A DNA stretch of 64,000 bases, from positions 23,297-87,296 of the forward strand of contig JBGPQP010000003.1 in assembly GCA_041489155.1 (NCBI GenBank), given 5' to 3'. This DNA comes from Candidatus Aenigmatarchaeota archaeon (GTDB taxonomy: Archaea; Aenigmatarchaeota; Aenigmatarchaeia; QMZP01; QMZT01). Within the stretch, counting starts at the first letter, position 1; the number at the start of each line of letters is the position of its first letter. The position numbers and the translations under genes were made by a program. Of this stretch, positions 1 through 10,101 are shown piece after piece. The notes beneath the pieces were generated by a model that worked only from the letters and a program-made list of their open reading frames with translations, was not told the DNA's origin and ran no database searches.

Positions 1-1082
1 GTCTTCGGGTCGAGCTTCTTGACGAGTTCCATTATCCTGCCTGCCATGTGCGCTGTGTGGCAGTGGAACACCGGCGTGTAACCCTTCGTTATGACCGTCG
101 GGTGCTGCAGAACGATTATCTGCGCGGTGAACTCTTTCGCGACAGTCGGCGGGCTGTTCAGATGGCCGGCGACGTCGCCGCGTTTAACGTCGGTCTTTGA
201 AATGCCTCTTACGTTGAAGCCGACGTTATCGCCAGGCTCTGCTTTCGCAAGCTGCTTGTGGTGCATCTCGACCGATTTCACCTCGCCCTGCACTCCGGAA
301 GGCTCGAAGATCAGCTTGTCTCCCGGCTTAAGTATGCCTGTTTCTACCCTTCCGACCGGGACAGTTCCAACGCCTGTTATCGTGAAGACGTCCTGCACCG
401 GAAGTCTCAGCGGCTTGTGCAGCGGCTTCTCGGGCGGAGTGATCGCGATGTCAAGCGCCTCTACAAGCGTCGGCCCGCTGTACCAGGACATGTTGGTAGA
501 TTTCTTGAAAACATTGTCGCCCAGATAGGCAGAGCATGCCACCATCGGGATCTTGTCCGGCTTGTAACCAAGCGTCTGAAGCAGCTTCGTTACCTCGGTC
601 TTGGTCTTCTCGTACGCGGCCTTCTCGTAGTTCACTGCGTCCATCTTGTTTATCGCGACTACAAGCTGGCCGATGCCAAGGACCTTTGCCAGATACAGGT
701 GCTCTCTCGTCTGCTCCTGGATGCCATCCTTCGCGGATACGACAAGTATCGCTGCGTCGGCCTGGCTCGCTCCTGTGATCATGTTCTTGACGAAGTCCCT
801 GTGGCCGGGGCAGTCGATGACCGTGAAATAGTACTTGTGAGTCTCGAATTCCTTGTGCATGAGGTCAATGGTCAAGCCTCTTTCCCTCTCTTCCTTGAGG
901 TTGTCCATGACGAAGGCGAACTCGAACGTTTCCTTTTTCAGTTCTTTGGCCTTCTCCTTGAGCTTCCTGAGCTCCTGCTCCGGAATCGCTCCTGAATCGA
1001 AAAGCAACCTACCTATAAGTGTAGATTTGCCGTGGTCTACGTGACCAGACGTTATTATGTTGATGTGCGGTTTCTCTGCCAT
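1..1082 (-). CDS. tuf: Translation elongation factor EF-1 alpha (aEF-1A). N-terminal ~360 codons only; the ORF runs off the left edge of the window.
   Basis: Absent from the supplied ORF track because there is no stop inside the window. My reverse-strand translation from the ATG (complement of 1080-1082) reads [27 protein letters not shown]...[20 protein letters not shown]...NKMD...[11 protein letters not shown]. These are the G1, G3 and G4 GTPase motifs of archaeal/eukaryotic EF-1A. The frame stays open to position 1. Confidence 0.9.
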   Translation of the reverse strand, partial: MAEKPHINIITSGHVDHGKSTLIGRLLFDSGAIPEQELRKLKEKAKELKKETFEFAFVMDNLKEERERGLTIDLMHKEFETHKYYFTVIDCPGHRDFVKNMITGASQADAAILVVSAKDGIQEQTREHLYLAKVLGIGQLVVAINKMDAVNYEKAAYEKTKTEVTKLLQTLGYKPDKIPMVACSAYLGDNVFKKSTNMSWYSGPTLVEALDIAITPPEKPLHKPLRLPVQDVFTITGVGTVPVGRVETGILKPGDKLIFEPSGVQGEVKSVEMHHKQLAKAEPGDNVGFNVRGISKTDVKRGDVAGHLNSPPTVAKEFTAQIIVLQHPTVITKGYTPVFHCHTAHMAGRIMELVKKLDPK

Positions 1083-1237
1083 GTCATCCCTCCCAAACGT
1101 TTTATTAAGATCATCACGATCTTAACTGCTCATCTGACCTTATGGCCCGATGGGTTTTATACTATTGTATAAAGGATTTATATATAAATATTATTTATAA
1201 AGGTTTCGACGCAAAATATAGCCGATATCGCTCGTTT

Positions 1238-1606
1238 TTAGTCCTTGCCGACGCCTTCCCTGAGCATGCGCTCGCCCTTGCCGCGCTGCATGTAATACAT
1301 GCCCATGCCTATGAAGAGCATGCCCATCCCCACAAGAACGAAGGAAAGCCACGGGAAGCAGTTCTCGTCCACCGTTCCATCACAGTTGTCGTCCAGCGAG
1401 TTGCCGCAAACTTCGCTTTCCATGGGCACGACCGCGCCCTCGCACTCGCCCCAATTTCCTTCCTTGCAGATAGATCTGCCGGGTTCGCATATGCCCACGT
1501 CCGAGCCGCAGAGGCGCCTTTCGCCTTCCCTGCAGTCCTGTGCGCTGGCAGGAAACGCCATAATAATGACCAGAAACAGCGCCAGGGCAATGAAAGCGAA
1601 TCTCAT
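1238..1606 (-). CDS. Cysteine-rich secreted protein with a C-terminal membrane anchor and a MopE-like DDNCDG metal-binding-type motif
   Basis: Track ORF is 1238..1639. I prefer the internal ATG at 1606, which gives MRFAFIALALFLVIIMAFPASA (signal-peptide-like). The protein has many Cys, the motif CGNSLDDNCDGTVDENC, then a hydrophobic stretch WLSFVLVGMGMLFIGMGMYYM and a basic tail. Confidence 0.5.
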   Translation of the reverse strand: MRFAFIALALFLVIIMAFPASAQDCREGERRLCGSDVGICEPGRSICKEGNWGECEGAVVPMESEVCGNSLDDNCDGTVDENCFPWLSFVLVGMGMLFIGMGMYYMQRGKGERMLREGVGKD

Positions 1607-1649
1607 GTTTAGAAATTGGCACAGCGGAATTAAAACCATTTCATCCGGT

Positions 1650-4061
1650 TTATTTCATTATCTCCAGCGCGATCTTGAACTTCTCCGTTTCTGTCGTCTT
1701 CTCTTTAAGCTTCCCTATCTTCGCGCTCTCGATTTTCATGGTCTTCTGGATATCCCTGAGAACGGGCCTGACCGCGTTGGAAGCAATGGTCACGGCCTTA
1801 AGAGGCTGCGGCATAGGCATCGAGTTCGCCGACTTGAACTTCCTTATCGCCGCGATTACATCGATTGCCATGTCCCCCGCCTTCTCGGCCTTCCTGCTCG
1901 CGAGCGAGCTGTCCAATTGCGGCCATGCGGAGATGTGGATGCTCTTTTTGTCCTCGGCTTTAGCGAAATAAAGATGGTAAATCTCCTCGGTGATGTGCGG
2001 CATGATGGGAGCCATGAGCTTCAGGATGGAGAGCAAAACGTAGTAAAGCGTATACTTCGCGGAGTCGACTTCCCACTGCTCATAAGCAGAGGAGTTGTAG
2101 AGCCTGTCTTTCGCGATTTCCAGATAATAATCGCAGAAAGTGTGCCAGAAGAAATTCTCGGTCTCGACCTTCGCTTTCGAATACTCGTATTTCCCGAAGG
2201 CGATGGTCGAAGCCTTTATGATGTTGCTTATCTTCGAAAGAATCCACTTGTCAATTTCAGTGAACTTTTCCGGCTTATCCGGTTTGTAGTCTTTAAGATG
2301 CATAAGCGTGAATTTGGAGGCGTTCCAGAGCTTCGTCACGAACTTGCTGCCGGTGATGAAATCCTTTTCCTGGTACGGAAGATCTTCACCTAGCTTAGAG
2401 CCGGCTGCCCAGAAGCGCAGCGAATCGGCGCCGTATTTTTCGGTGAGCGTCTGCGGCTCGATTACATTGCCTTTGGATTTCGACATCTTCTTGCCGTGCG
2501 GGTCGAGCGCCCAGCCTGATATCATTATGTCCTTCCACGGATTGACGGTGTTGTGCATCTGGGACTTGACGACGGTGTTGAAGAGCCAGAAGGTTATGAT
2601 GTCGTGCGCCTGCGGCCGCAAAGACATCGGATAAAGCTTCGCATAAACCTGGGGGAATAGCGAGGCAGCGATTTGCGGCGTTAACGATGAAGTAGCCCAC
2701 GTGTCGAGCACGTCATGGTCGCCGCGGAAAGCGCGGGAGCCGCACTTGCAAGCGTGCTTGGGCTTGTCAACCATCGGGTCAACGGGCAGGTCGATTTCTT
2801 CGGGCAGCATGACCTCTCCGCATTTCTCGCAGAACCACACGGGTACAGGCACGCCGAAGCTCCTCTGCCTTGAGATGTTCCAGTCCCATTTCAGGCCCTT
2901 TATCCAGTTGTCGTAGCGCGAGCGCATGAAGGCAGGGTACCATTTCATCCGCCTTCCAGCATCAAGGAACTGCCTCTTGAGGTCGAGGTAGCGGATGAAC
3001 CACTGCTCCGTCATCAGGATTTCCATTTCCGCTCCGCATCTCTCGTGGACGTTCACGACATGAGTGATCTTCTCTATCTTCTCTATGCGGTTTTCATGCT
3101 TCATGTCATCGATTATGGCGTTCCTCGCCTCATGCGAGTTCATGCCGGCGTATTTCCCGGCCTTCTCGTTCAGCCTGCCGTCCTTGTTCATTATCTCTAT
3201 CGGAGGGATCCTGTATTTCTCCATCCATTCCACGTCGTCCATGTCACCGAATGTGCAGTGATACACGGCGCCGCTCCCGAACGCCGGGTCGACGTCCGTG
3301 TTTGCCATGATGTCGACCTCGCGGTTGAAGAATGGTATCCTGGCCTTGGCGCCGATGAATTTTTTGTAGCGCTCGTCCTGCGGGTGGACATGCATCATGA
3401 CGCAAGCGGGCAGCAGCTCAGGCCTCGTCGTCGCGATGGTTATCTGCTCGCCTATGCTTGTGTCGAATTTCATGTAGACGAAGCGCGATTCCTGCTGCTT
3501 GTCCTTCATCTCCACCTGCGCTATCGACGTCTGGCATTCGGGACACCAGAGGAACGGCGTGCGCTTTCTGTAAATCCTTCCGGCATTGTAAAGGTCGATG
3601 AAGGATTTCTGCGAGATCTTCTGACAGTGCTCGTTTATGGTCGTGTAGTAGATCGACCAGTCGCAGCTCATGCCTATCCTCTTCCAGTCGTGGATGTACT
3701 TCGGCCTCACGGTCTTGAGCGTCTCGAGGACCAGATTGACGAATTCCTTCCTGCCCATCTCCGTCCCTTTGACGCCTTTTTCCTTCTCGACAAGGCGTAT
3801 GGTCGCAAGGCCGTTGTCGTCCGTGCCGAAGGGATAGAATATCTCGAAGCCGTTCATGCGCTTGAAGCGGATGACGAAGTCCTGCTGTGAGTATGAGAAC
3901 GCGTGTCCCAGGTGCATCTTGCCCGAAACAGTAGGAGGCGGCGTGTCTATCGAGAAAACCGGCTTCTCGCTTTCAGGGTTGAATTTGAAAATCCCTTCCT
4001 TCTCCCAATATGCCTGCCACTTCTCCTCGCTTTCGCGGAAATTGTAGTCTTTGGGGAACAT
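1650..4061 (-). CDS. valS: Valyl-tRNA synthetase
   Basis: 803 aa. Class I signatures are present: PPPTVSGKMHLGHAFSY (HIGH) and KKMSKSKGN (KMSKS). Length and overall layout are ValRS-like. Confidence 0.95.
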   Translation of the reverse strand: MFPKDYNFRESEEKWQAYWEKEGIFKFNPESEKPVFSIDTPPPTVSGKMHLGHAFSYSQQDFVIRFKRMNGFEIFYPFGTDDNGLATIRLVEKEKGVKGTEMGRKEFVNLVLETLKTVRPKYIHDWKRIGMSCDWSIYYTTINEHCQKISQKSFIDLYNAGRIYRKRTPFLWCPECQTSIAQVEMKDKQQESRFVYMKFDTSIGEQITIATTRPELLPACVMMHVHPQDERYKKFIGAKARIPFFNREVDIMANTDVDPAFGSGAVYHCTFGDMDDVEWMEKYRIPPIEIMNKDGRLNEKAGKYAGMNSHEARNAIIDDMKHENRIEKIEKITHVVNVHERCGAEMEILMTEQWFIRYLDLKRQFLDAGRRMKWYPAFMRSRYDNWIKGLKWDWNISRQRSFGVPVPVWFCEKCGEVMLPEEIDLPVDPMVDKPKHACKCGSRAFRGDHDVLDTWATSSLTPQIAASLFPQVYAKLYPMSLRPQAHDIITFWLFNTVVKSQMHNTVNPWKDIMISGWALDPHGKKMSKSKGNVIEPQTLTEKYGADSLRFWAAGSKLGEDLPYQEKDFITGSKFVTKLWNASKFTLMHLKDYKPDKPEKFTEIDKWILSKISNIIKASTIAFGKYEYSKAKVETENFFWHTFCDYYLEIAKDRLYNSSAYEQWEVDSAKYTLYYVLLSILKLMAPIMPHITEEIYHLYFAKAEDKKSIHISAWPQLDSSLASRKAEKAGDMAIDVIAAIRKFKSANSMPMPQPLKAVTIASNAVRPVLRDIQKTMKIESAKIGKLKEKTTETEKFKIALEIMK

Positions 4062-4127
4062 AATCTCGCCTTCTGGTTTTGCCGGTGAATAAAATCTACA
4101 TTATATTTATGATTTAATAAAACAAGC

Positions 4128-4568
4128 CTATTTTAAAAGCGCTTTTTTGCGCGCCTCTTCTGCGACGTGTTTCAGGGGAACGAGTATTATGAGAACTATC
4201 GCCGTCGTCACGAAAGCCGCCAGGTAATAGCCTATGCCCACAGCGAGGCCTATAGCGCCGACAACCCACAGCTCAGCCGCGGTGGTGAGGCCGATCACTC
4301 TCTCTTCCGACTTGAATATGACTCCGCCGCCTATGAAGCCTATGCCCGTCACCACGCCGGCAGCGATGCGCGACGCATCGACGTTGTTGCCGCTGAAGCT
4401 GAATGATATAACGGTGAACAGCGCGGCTCCCATGCAGACCAGCGAGTGCGTCCGCAAACCCGCGGGCCTCTTGTGGACTTCCCTTTCGTATCCCAGCAGC
4501 AGGCCAAGGCCTGCAGAAACGATTAGTTTCAGAACTAGTTCGATTTCCAGCGGAGAAAAGAAGGCCAT
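4128..4568 (-). CDS. MgtC/SapB family membrane protein
   Basis: Track ORF is 4128..4667. I prefer the ATG at 4568 (MAFFSPLEIELVLKL...) because it avoids overlapping the divergent gene at 4621. The protein is a four-to-five TM pattern with GLRTHSLVCMGAALF and GIGFIGGGVIF, typical of MgtC. Confidence 0.7.
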   Translation of the reverse strand: MAFFSPLEIELVLKLIVSAGLGLLLGYEREVHKRPAGLRTHSLVCMGAALFTVISFSFSGNNVDASRIAAGVVTGIGFIGGGVIFKSEERVIGLTTAAELWVVGAIGLAVGIGYYLAAFVTTAIVLIILVPLKHVAEEARKKALLK

Positions 4569-4620
4569 AATAAAATTTTGTCCAAAGTAATTAATAAGCA
4601 TTCCAGGACATACTAATTTT

Positions 4621-5580
4621 ATGAAGCATACCTTTCCGATAACCCTTGCGATAGTTCTTATTTTCATCCTCTCGCAGGTTATTGGCCTTTATGCAGTCAG
4701 CGCCAACACAGTCGTGTCACGAACGTCTGAAGGAGAAATCGTGGTGGAGCACGAGGACACGGCGATAGGCGAGCGGCCCGACATTCAGGGACCGGAGACT
4801 TTCGTCTACGTGCTGGTCGCGATATTGATAGGAACCGGCCTGATCCTTCTGCTGGTGAGGTTCAGGAAATTCCTGGTGTGGAAGGCCATGTTCTTCTTCG
4901 CCGTGTGGATGACATGTTCGATAACCATAGGCGTTTTCATCGATCCCACGGCAGCGTTCGTGATATGCTTTTTCCTCGCCTTTTTCAAGATATGGAGGCC
5001 CAGCATATGGGCCCACAACATAACAGAACCTCTCATATACGCCGGCATCGCGGTCATTCTCGTTCCCCTGATAAACGTACTCTGGGTAACGCTGCTGCTG
5101 CTCGCAATATCGGCGTATGACATCTTCGCCGTGTGGTATTCGAAGCACATGATTTCCCTGGCCGAATTCCAGACCAAGAGCCGCGCCTTCGCGGGCATAA
5201 TGCTTTCCTACAAAACCAAAACGAAGGAAACGATAAGGGATGCCGGAAAGGCGGCAAAGGGTGCAAAAGGAGGCGAGACGAAGGTCATCGAGGTCAGGGA
5301 GGAAACCAGAAACGCGATACTCGGCGGCGGAGACATCGCGTTCCCGCTGATTTTCGCGGGCGTGGTAATGGACGGCATGATAAAGCTGGGCCTTGAAAAA
5401 ACCCTCGCCTTCGCTTACTCCCTCATCATTCCCGCTGTCGTCGCTTTCGCGCTTTTCGGCCTGCTCGCCCTCGCGAAGAAAGACAGGTTTTATCCGGCGA
5501 TGCCGTTTCTGACAGTTGGCTGTCTGATTGGCTATGCGCTTGTGTGGCTTGTTACTGCCATCCCGCCCGTTCTTGTCTAA
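4621..5580 (+). CDS. Presenilin / signal-peptide-peptidase family (A22) intramembrane aspartyl protease homologue
   Basis: 319 aa polytopic membrane protein. It carries the paired catalytic motifs YD (LAISAYDIFAVWY) and GxGD (ILGGGDIAFPLIF), plus a PAL-like motif (YPAMPFL) near the C-terminus. Confidence 0.7.
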   Translation: MKHTFPITLAIVLIFILSQVIGLYAVSANTVVSRTSEGEIVVEHEDTAIGERPDIQGPETFVYVLVAILIGTGLILLLVRFRKFLVWKAMFFFAVWMTCSITIGVFIDPTAAFVICFFLAFFKIWRPSIWAHNITEPLIYAGIAVILVPLINVLWVTLLLLAISAYDIFAVWYSKHMISLAEFQTKSRAFAGIMLSYKTKTKETIRDAGKAAKGAKGGETKVIEVREETRNAILGGGDIAFPLIFAGVVMDGMIKLGLEKTLAFAYSLIIPAVVAFALFGLLALAKKDRFYPAMPFLTVGCLIGYALVWLVTAIPPVLV

Positions 5581-5611
5581 CCTTTAAAAACCAGAAACCC
5601 AAAATCGTTCT

Positions 5612-6805
5612 ATGAAAGCGGATAAAGCGGTCATACTTTGCGCGGGCAGATCGACGAGGACCTATCCCCTGACTCTCGGCAGGCCCAAGCCTCTTCTCAA
5701 GGTCGCGAACAAGACCATACTCGAATGGAACCTCGGCCAGCTGCAGGACCTGGTCAGCGAGGCGGTTCTTGTAACAGGGTACAGGGGAGAGATGATAAGG
5801 GAGCGTATAGGCAAAAGATACGGCAAGCTGAAGATTACGTATGCCGGGCAGACCGAGCCGCTGGGGACGGGCCACGCGCTGCTGCAGGCGGAGAAATGCG
5901 CGGGAGAAAAATTCATAGTGATGATGGGCGACAATTTTTACAGGCGCGAGGACATCGCGAAATGCGCTAAAGATTTAGCGATGCTTGCGATGAAAGCTGA
6001 GAATCCCGATGACTACGGCGTCATCAAAAAAAGCGGGAACGCGCTTTCAGGGATCATCGAAAAGCCGGAGAAGCCCAAATCCGACCTGGTCAACTGCGGG
6101 CTTTACGTGCTGAACAGCGAGATTTTCGGCCTGCTGAAAAAGGCCGGCAGATCCAGAAGGGGCGAAATCGAGCTGACCGACGCCGTCAACGCCTTCGCCA
6201 GGCACAAGTACGTCCGTGTCGTGGAAACGCAGAAGTGCTTCATGATAACCTATCCATGGGACCTGCTCTCGCTTAACGAGTTCCTCCTCTCGCAAACAAA
6301 GAGAAACATAAGGGGGACGAAGGAAGCGAACGTGACGCTGAAAGGCAACGTTTCGGTCGGCAAAGGCACGCTGCTCAGGTCTGGGACGTACATAGAAGGT
6401 CCTGCAGCGATAGGAGAGAACTGCGACATCGGGCCCAACTGCTACATCCGCAGCGGGACATCGATAGGCGACGGATGCAGGATAGGCAATTCAGTCGAGG
6501 TAAAGAACTCGATAGTAATGGACAACACGAGCATCGGCCATCATGCCTACGTCGGCGACTCGGTAATAGACGAAAACGTGAATTTCGGCGCCGGCACCAA
6601 GATCGCGAACCTGAGGCACGACGAAGCGAACGTCAAATCGATGATCAGGGGCGTCCTGCTCGACACAAACAGGAGGAAGTTCGGCAGTGTCATAGGCCGA
6701 GGAGCGCGCGTAGGCATCAATACTTCCATTTATCCGGGCAGGAAGCTCTGGCCCGGCACCACCACGCTTCCGGGAGAAGTCGTCAAGTATGACAAGGAAA
6801 AATAA
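5612..6805 (+). CDS. Bifunctional sugar-1-phosphate nucleotidylyltransferase / left-handed beta-helix acyltransferase (archaeal GlmU-like)
   Basis: N-terminal NTP-transferase motif KAVILCAGRSTRTYPLT. The C-terminal half consists of hexapeptide repeats (IGENCDIGPNCYIRSGTSIGDGCRIGNSVEVKNSIV...). Confidence 0.8.
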   Translation: MKADKAVILCAGRSTRTYPLTLGRPKPLLKVANKTILEWNLGQLQDLVSEAVLVTGYRGEMIRERIGKRYGKLKITYAGQTEPLGTGHALLQAEKCAGEKFIVMMGDNFYRREDIAKCAKDLAMLAMKAENPDDYGVIKKSGNALSGIIEKPEKPKSDLVNCGLYVLNSEIFGLLKKAGRSRRGEIELTDAVNAFARHKYVRVVETQKCFMITYPWDLLSLNEFLLSQTKRNIRGTKEANVTLKGNVSVGKGTLLRSGTYIEGPAAIGENCDIGPNCYIRSGTSIGDGCRIGNSVEVKNSIVMDNTSIGHHAYVGDSVIDENVNFGAGTKIANLRHDEANVKSMIRGVLLDTNRRKFGSVIGRGARVGINTSIYPGRKLWPGTTTLPGEVVKYDKEK

Positions 6806-7334
6806 AGGCAAGGAAAGCAAGAAAGATGACAGCAAAAGGAACACGCTCATTCTGGTCTGCGGCCTGCCCGGGACAGGCAAGTCAACAGTTTCAAAGGCAA
6901 TCGCCGAAAGAACGAAGGCCCTGCTTTTCAACACGGACGTCGTGAGGAAAGAGCTGTTCTCCAGGCCGGCCTATACGCAGGAAGAGAAGGACCTCGTCTA
7001 CAAAATGCTTTTCGAGATGGCTGAAAAATTTCTGAAGCAGTCCAAGAACATCGTCCTCGACGGCACCTTTTACAAAGAGGAGCTGCGCAGCCGAGTGAAG
7101 GAAATCGCGCAGAGAAATAGGAGCGCTTTCGCGATAGTCGAGGTCGTATGCAGCGAAAAAACTGCGAAGCGCCGCCTGGACGAGCGGGCGAAAAGCGAGA
7201 GCCTGAGCGATGCGGATTTCTGTGTCTATCGCAAAATCCGGGAACAATTCGAACCCATCCGCGAGAAGCACTTCGTGGTCGACACGGGCAAGAACGTCGG
7301 AAGACAGATAGCAGGCTTTCTGAAAAATTTTTAA
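6789..7334 (+). CDS. P-loop kinase (AAA_33-like)
   Basis: 181 aa with Walker A VCGLPGTGKSTVSKA. Overlaps the upstream gene by 17 nt, which suggests co-transcription. Confidence 0.6.
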   Translation: MTRKNKGKESKKDDSKRNTLILVCGLPGTGKSTVSKAIAERTKALLFNTDVVRKELFSRPAYTQEEKDLVYKMLFEMAEKFLKQSKNIVLDGTFYKEELRSRVKEIAQRNRSAFAIVEVVCSEKTAKRRLDERAKSESLSDADFCVYRKIREQFEPIREKHFVVDTGKNVGRQIAGFLKNF

Positions 7335-7391
7335 TCGCATATCATCAAACCGCTAGCACAATATTTAAACAGGCCGGCGCAAATATAGAAC

Positions 7392-8222
7392 ATGGGTTTG
7401 GATTTCAACAGGCTTTTCGGAAAATCAGTAAGGTACCCGCTGGCGAAGGACGCGTTCATACTCATGTTCGCCGTGCAGCTGGTTTTCGCGATAGCCGCAT
7501 GGTTCGTCTCTGGCTACTTCCTTGGAGACATGAGCACAGTTTTTTCTGGCGAAGAGATTCCATCGCTGGAGAGCCTGATGCCATTCATGGTTTATTCCAC
7601 GCCCCTGATGATAGTCACTTGGGTTTTCTTGATACTGCTGATGCCTGCCTATCTTGAAAATTCGTTGGCCTATTTCAGCGGCAAGAGGAAGGCGCTTTCC
7701 GGAGACTTGGGAGCAATCAGAAAAAGATTCCTGCCGCTGCTGGCGCTCTTCCTCATACTCGGCCTGATACTCCTAGCCTGCTTCGGCGGCATTTTCCTCG
7801 TGGGCTTTGCCATGCTGACGGGAGCGAACTTCCTGCTTGTGGCCGTGGGCGGCCTGTGGTTCGCGGTCGGCCTTGTCGCGGGCGTTATAATCATGTTCAT
7901 GACCACTGTTTCACCGGTTCTCTCAGGGCTTGAGAAACACGGCGCCCTCGACGCGATAAAGAAGTCATGGAAAATCATAGGCAAGAACAAGCTCAACACA
8001 TTCATACTTTACGTGCTTCTGGGAGCGGTCGTGTTTGCGGTGACGGTTGTAGGCACGATGCCGGAGGCCACTTATACTGTCTTGTCAGGCGATACCAGCA
8101 TGCTCTCCATACCGAGCTTCGTGTTCATGCTGGTCAGGACGGCCATCCAGACATACGTCGCTCTTCTGAGTTATGCAGCCCTGGTCGGTTTCTACACCGG
8201 AATAAAGAAGACCAAGACCTAG
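7392..8222 (+). CDS. Polytopic membrane protein, function unknown
   Basis: 276 aa with about six hydrophobic segments. I recognise no diagnostic motif. Confidence 0.5.
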   Translation: MGLDFNRLFGKSVRYPLAKDAFILMFAVQLVFAIAAWFVSGYFLGDMSTVFSGEEIPSLESLMPFMVYSTPLMIVTWVFLILLMPAYLENSLAYFSGKRKALSGDLGAIRKRFLPLLALFLILGLILLACFGGIFLVGFAMLTGANFLLVAVGGLWFAVGLVAGVIIMFMTTVSPVLSGLEKHGALDAIKKSWKIIGKNKLNTFILYVLLGAVVFAVTVVGTMPEATYTVLSGDTSMLSIPSFVFMLVRTAIQTYVALLSYAALVGFYTGIKKTKT

Positions 8223-8239
8223 GCAAACGTTAAAGCATG

Positions 8240-8392
8240 CTAACGCGCCTGCTGCTTTCTGTGGGCGAAGTTGTCACACGCCCTTTCCTTTGGGTCCCAA
8301 ACAGAGCCGTCGTTGTTGGCGCATTCCACCGCGGGCGGAAGCTGGCGTATCCTGAAGAAAACGCAATCCGAGCATTTCGCGTCGAAGCGCAT
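8240..8392 (-). CDS. Possible small (50 aa) cysteine-containing protein
   Basis: Below the track cut-off. My translation is MRFDAKCSDCVFFRIRQLPPAVECANNDGSVWDPKERACDNFAHRKQQAR, with four Cys including a CxxC. It sits in an otherwise empty 200-nt gap, divergent from gltX. Confidence 0.25.
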   Translation of the reverse strand: MRFDAKCSDCVFFRIRQLPPAVECANNDGSVWDPKERACDNFAHRKQQAR

Positions 8393-8436
8393 GAAATCAC
8401 GATTAATTTTTATTTCCAAGGCTTAAATATTTGTTC

Positions 8437-10101
8437 ATGAAACTAAAAGACATCGTCCTCCAGTACGCACTGCAGAACGCAGTTTTCTACAAGGGCAAGG
8501 CGAACGCTTCGGCGGTTCTTGGTAAGGTGATTTCGCACAGCCCGGAAGCGAGGACCAGGGTGAATGAAGTGCGCATGATGGTGGAGCAGGCAGTAAATGA
8601 GATAAACCACCTTTCCCTTGCTGAACAGGCAAAGAAACTCGAGGATATCGCTCCCGAACTGCTCGAGAAGCAGGAGAAGAAGCAGGAGGGCCTTTCCGGG
8701 CTTGAAGGAGCGGAAGAAGGGAAAGTCACGACAAGGTTCGCGCCTTCGCCGACCGGGCCCCTGTCGATAGGCCAGTTCATGCGCGCGGTTTTTCTCAGCC
8801 ATTATTACGCAAGGAGATACAAAGGCAAATTCATCCTTCGCATAGAGGACACTGACGCGAAGAAGATCGAAGCGAATGCCTACGAATGGCTGAAGGAGGA
8901 TTTGGCAAGAATGGGCATAAAATGGGATTCGCTGGTCCTCCAGTCTGACAGGTTGCATGATTATTACAAGCACGCGAAACACCTCCTTGAAAAGGAAAGG
9001 GCTTACGTGTGCACATGCCCGACCGAGACATTCAAGGAATACAAGCTTTCGAAAGCCGACTGCCCCTGCCGGGTGAATTCAAAAGAGAAAAACTTGGAAC
9101 TGTGGGAGGCGATGCTCGCAGGCGGCATGGAGGACGGCTCGGCTGTATTGAGGCTGAAAAACAGCATGGCTGACCCGAACCCTGTACTGCGCGACCCGCC
9201 TCTTCTGAGGGTCAACAAGACCCCCCACCCCCTGAAGGGGACGAAGTACGCGGTCTGGCCTTTGTACAATTTTTCCTGCGCTGTCGACGACCATGAACTC
9301 GGAGTGACGCATGTCTTCCGCGGCAAGGAGCACGAGCACAACACAGCGGTGCAGAAGATGGTATCTGACATTTTCGGCTGGGGCTTCCCGGATGTCGTTA
9401 ACTTCGGCATGATACGCTTCCCCGGCGGCGCGGTCCACACCAGGGACATCAAGGTGATGATAGCGAATGGCGAGGTCTCGGGCTGGGACGACCCGAAGCT
9501 CCCGACGGTCCGCGCCATGCTGAGGCGCGGCTTCCATCCGGAAGCGATAAAGAACCTCGCCATGCAGTGCGGCCTCAGCAAGAACGACATCGAGCTGAGT
9601 TGGGAAAATCTCGACACGCAGAACAGGAAATTCATTGATCCCATCGCCAATAGGTACATGACCGTGATCGACCCTGTCAAGCTCCTGATAGAAGTTGCGC
9701 CTGATAAACGCGAGGTTTTCGAAGTGCTCCATCCGGATTTCCCGGAGCGCGGCAAGAAGAAAATTCCTGTAGACCCGAAAAATATTTACATCTCCGGGAA
9801 GGACAGTGCGGAGCTTAAAGGCAAGGTCGTCCGCCTGAAAGGCTATTGCAACGTTTCGCTTTCAAGGAAAACGAAGTGCGTGGGAGACGAAATCGTCCGC
9901 GACATGCACAAGATACAATGGGTGAGCGAGCCGCACGTCAAGGTGAAGGTCGTCAACGCTGACGGCGTTTCCGAAGGCATAGGCGAGCCGGAGATGTCGA
10001 ATCTGAAAGTCGGCGAAGTCATACAGATGGAACGCATCGGGTTCGGACGCGTGGACGCGAACGAGAACAAGCAAATAATCATATACTTCGCACACAAGTG
10101 A
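8437..10101 (+). CDS. gltX: Glutamyl-tRNA synthetase, archaeal type, with a non-canonical HIGH motif
   Basis: The track start at 8431 is TTG; the first ATG is at 8437. Archaeal GluRS architecture is present (RFAPSPTGPL..., ILRIEDTD, GWDDPKLPTVRAMLRRG, C-terminal ...ERIGFGRVD...IIYFAHK). The HIGH position reads SIGQ; see findings. Confidence 0.85.
   Translation: MKLKDIVLQYALQNAVFYKGKANASAVLGKVISHSPEARTRVNEVRMMVEQAVNEINHLSLAEQAKKLEDIAPELLEKQEKKQEGLSGLEGAEEGKVTTRFAPSPTGPLSIGQFMRAVFLSHYYARRYKGKFILRIEDTDAKKIEANAYEWLKEDLARMGIKWDSLVLQSDRLHDYYKHAKHLLEKERAYVCTCPTETFKEYKLSKADCPCRVNSKEKNLELWEAMLAGGMEDGSAVLRLKNSMADPNPVLRDPPLLRVNKTPHPLKGTKYAVWPLYNFSCAVDDHELGVTHVFRGKEHEHNTAVQKMVSDIFGWGFPDVVNFGMIRFPGGAVHTRDIKVMIANGEVSGWDDPKLPTVRAMLRRGFHPEAIKNLAMQCGLSKNDIELSWENLDTQNRKFIDPIANRYMTVIDPVKLLIEVAPDKREVFEVLHPDFPERGKKKIPVDPKNIYISGKDSAELKGKVVRLKGYCNVSLSRKTKCVGDEIVRDMHKIQWVSEPHVKVKVVNADGVSEGIGEPEMSNLKVGEVIQMERIGFGRVDANENKQIIIYFAHK

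Noticed and set aside
258-995. Many long ORFs in the track lie antisense or out of frame to the genes called here. Examples: 258-995 +, 1299-2393 +, 3045-3890 +, 9003-9755 -, 10759-11691 +, 19258-20064 +, 37844-38695 -, 40135-41130 -, 44188-45234 +, 58 00-58327 + region, 62009-62941 +.
   Set aside because: Each is fully nested in a gene with clear family motifs on the other strand or frame. Their translations are Arg/Pro/His-rich low-complexity sequence, typical of shadow ORFs in GC-rich coding DNA. None shows a recognisable motif.
8237-8440. 67-aa + strand ORF in the gap upstream of gltX.
   Set aside because: It would run into the gltX start with no ribosome-binding context, and its translation is featureless. 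The minus-strand 50-aa four-Cys ORF is slightly more plausible, but it is itself weak.
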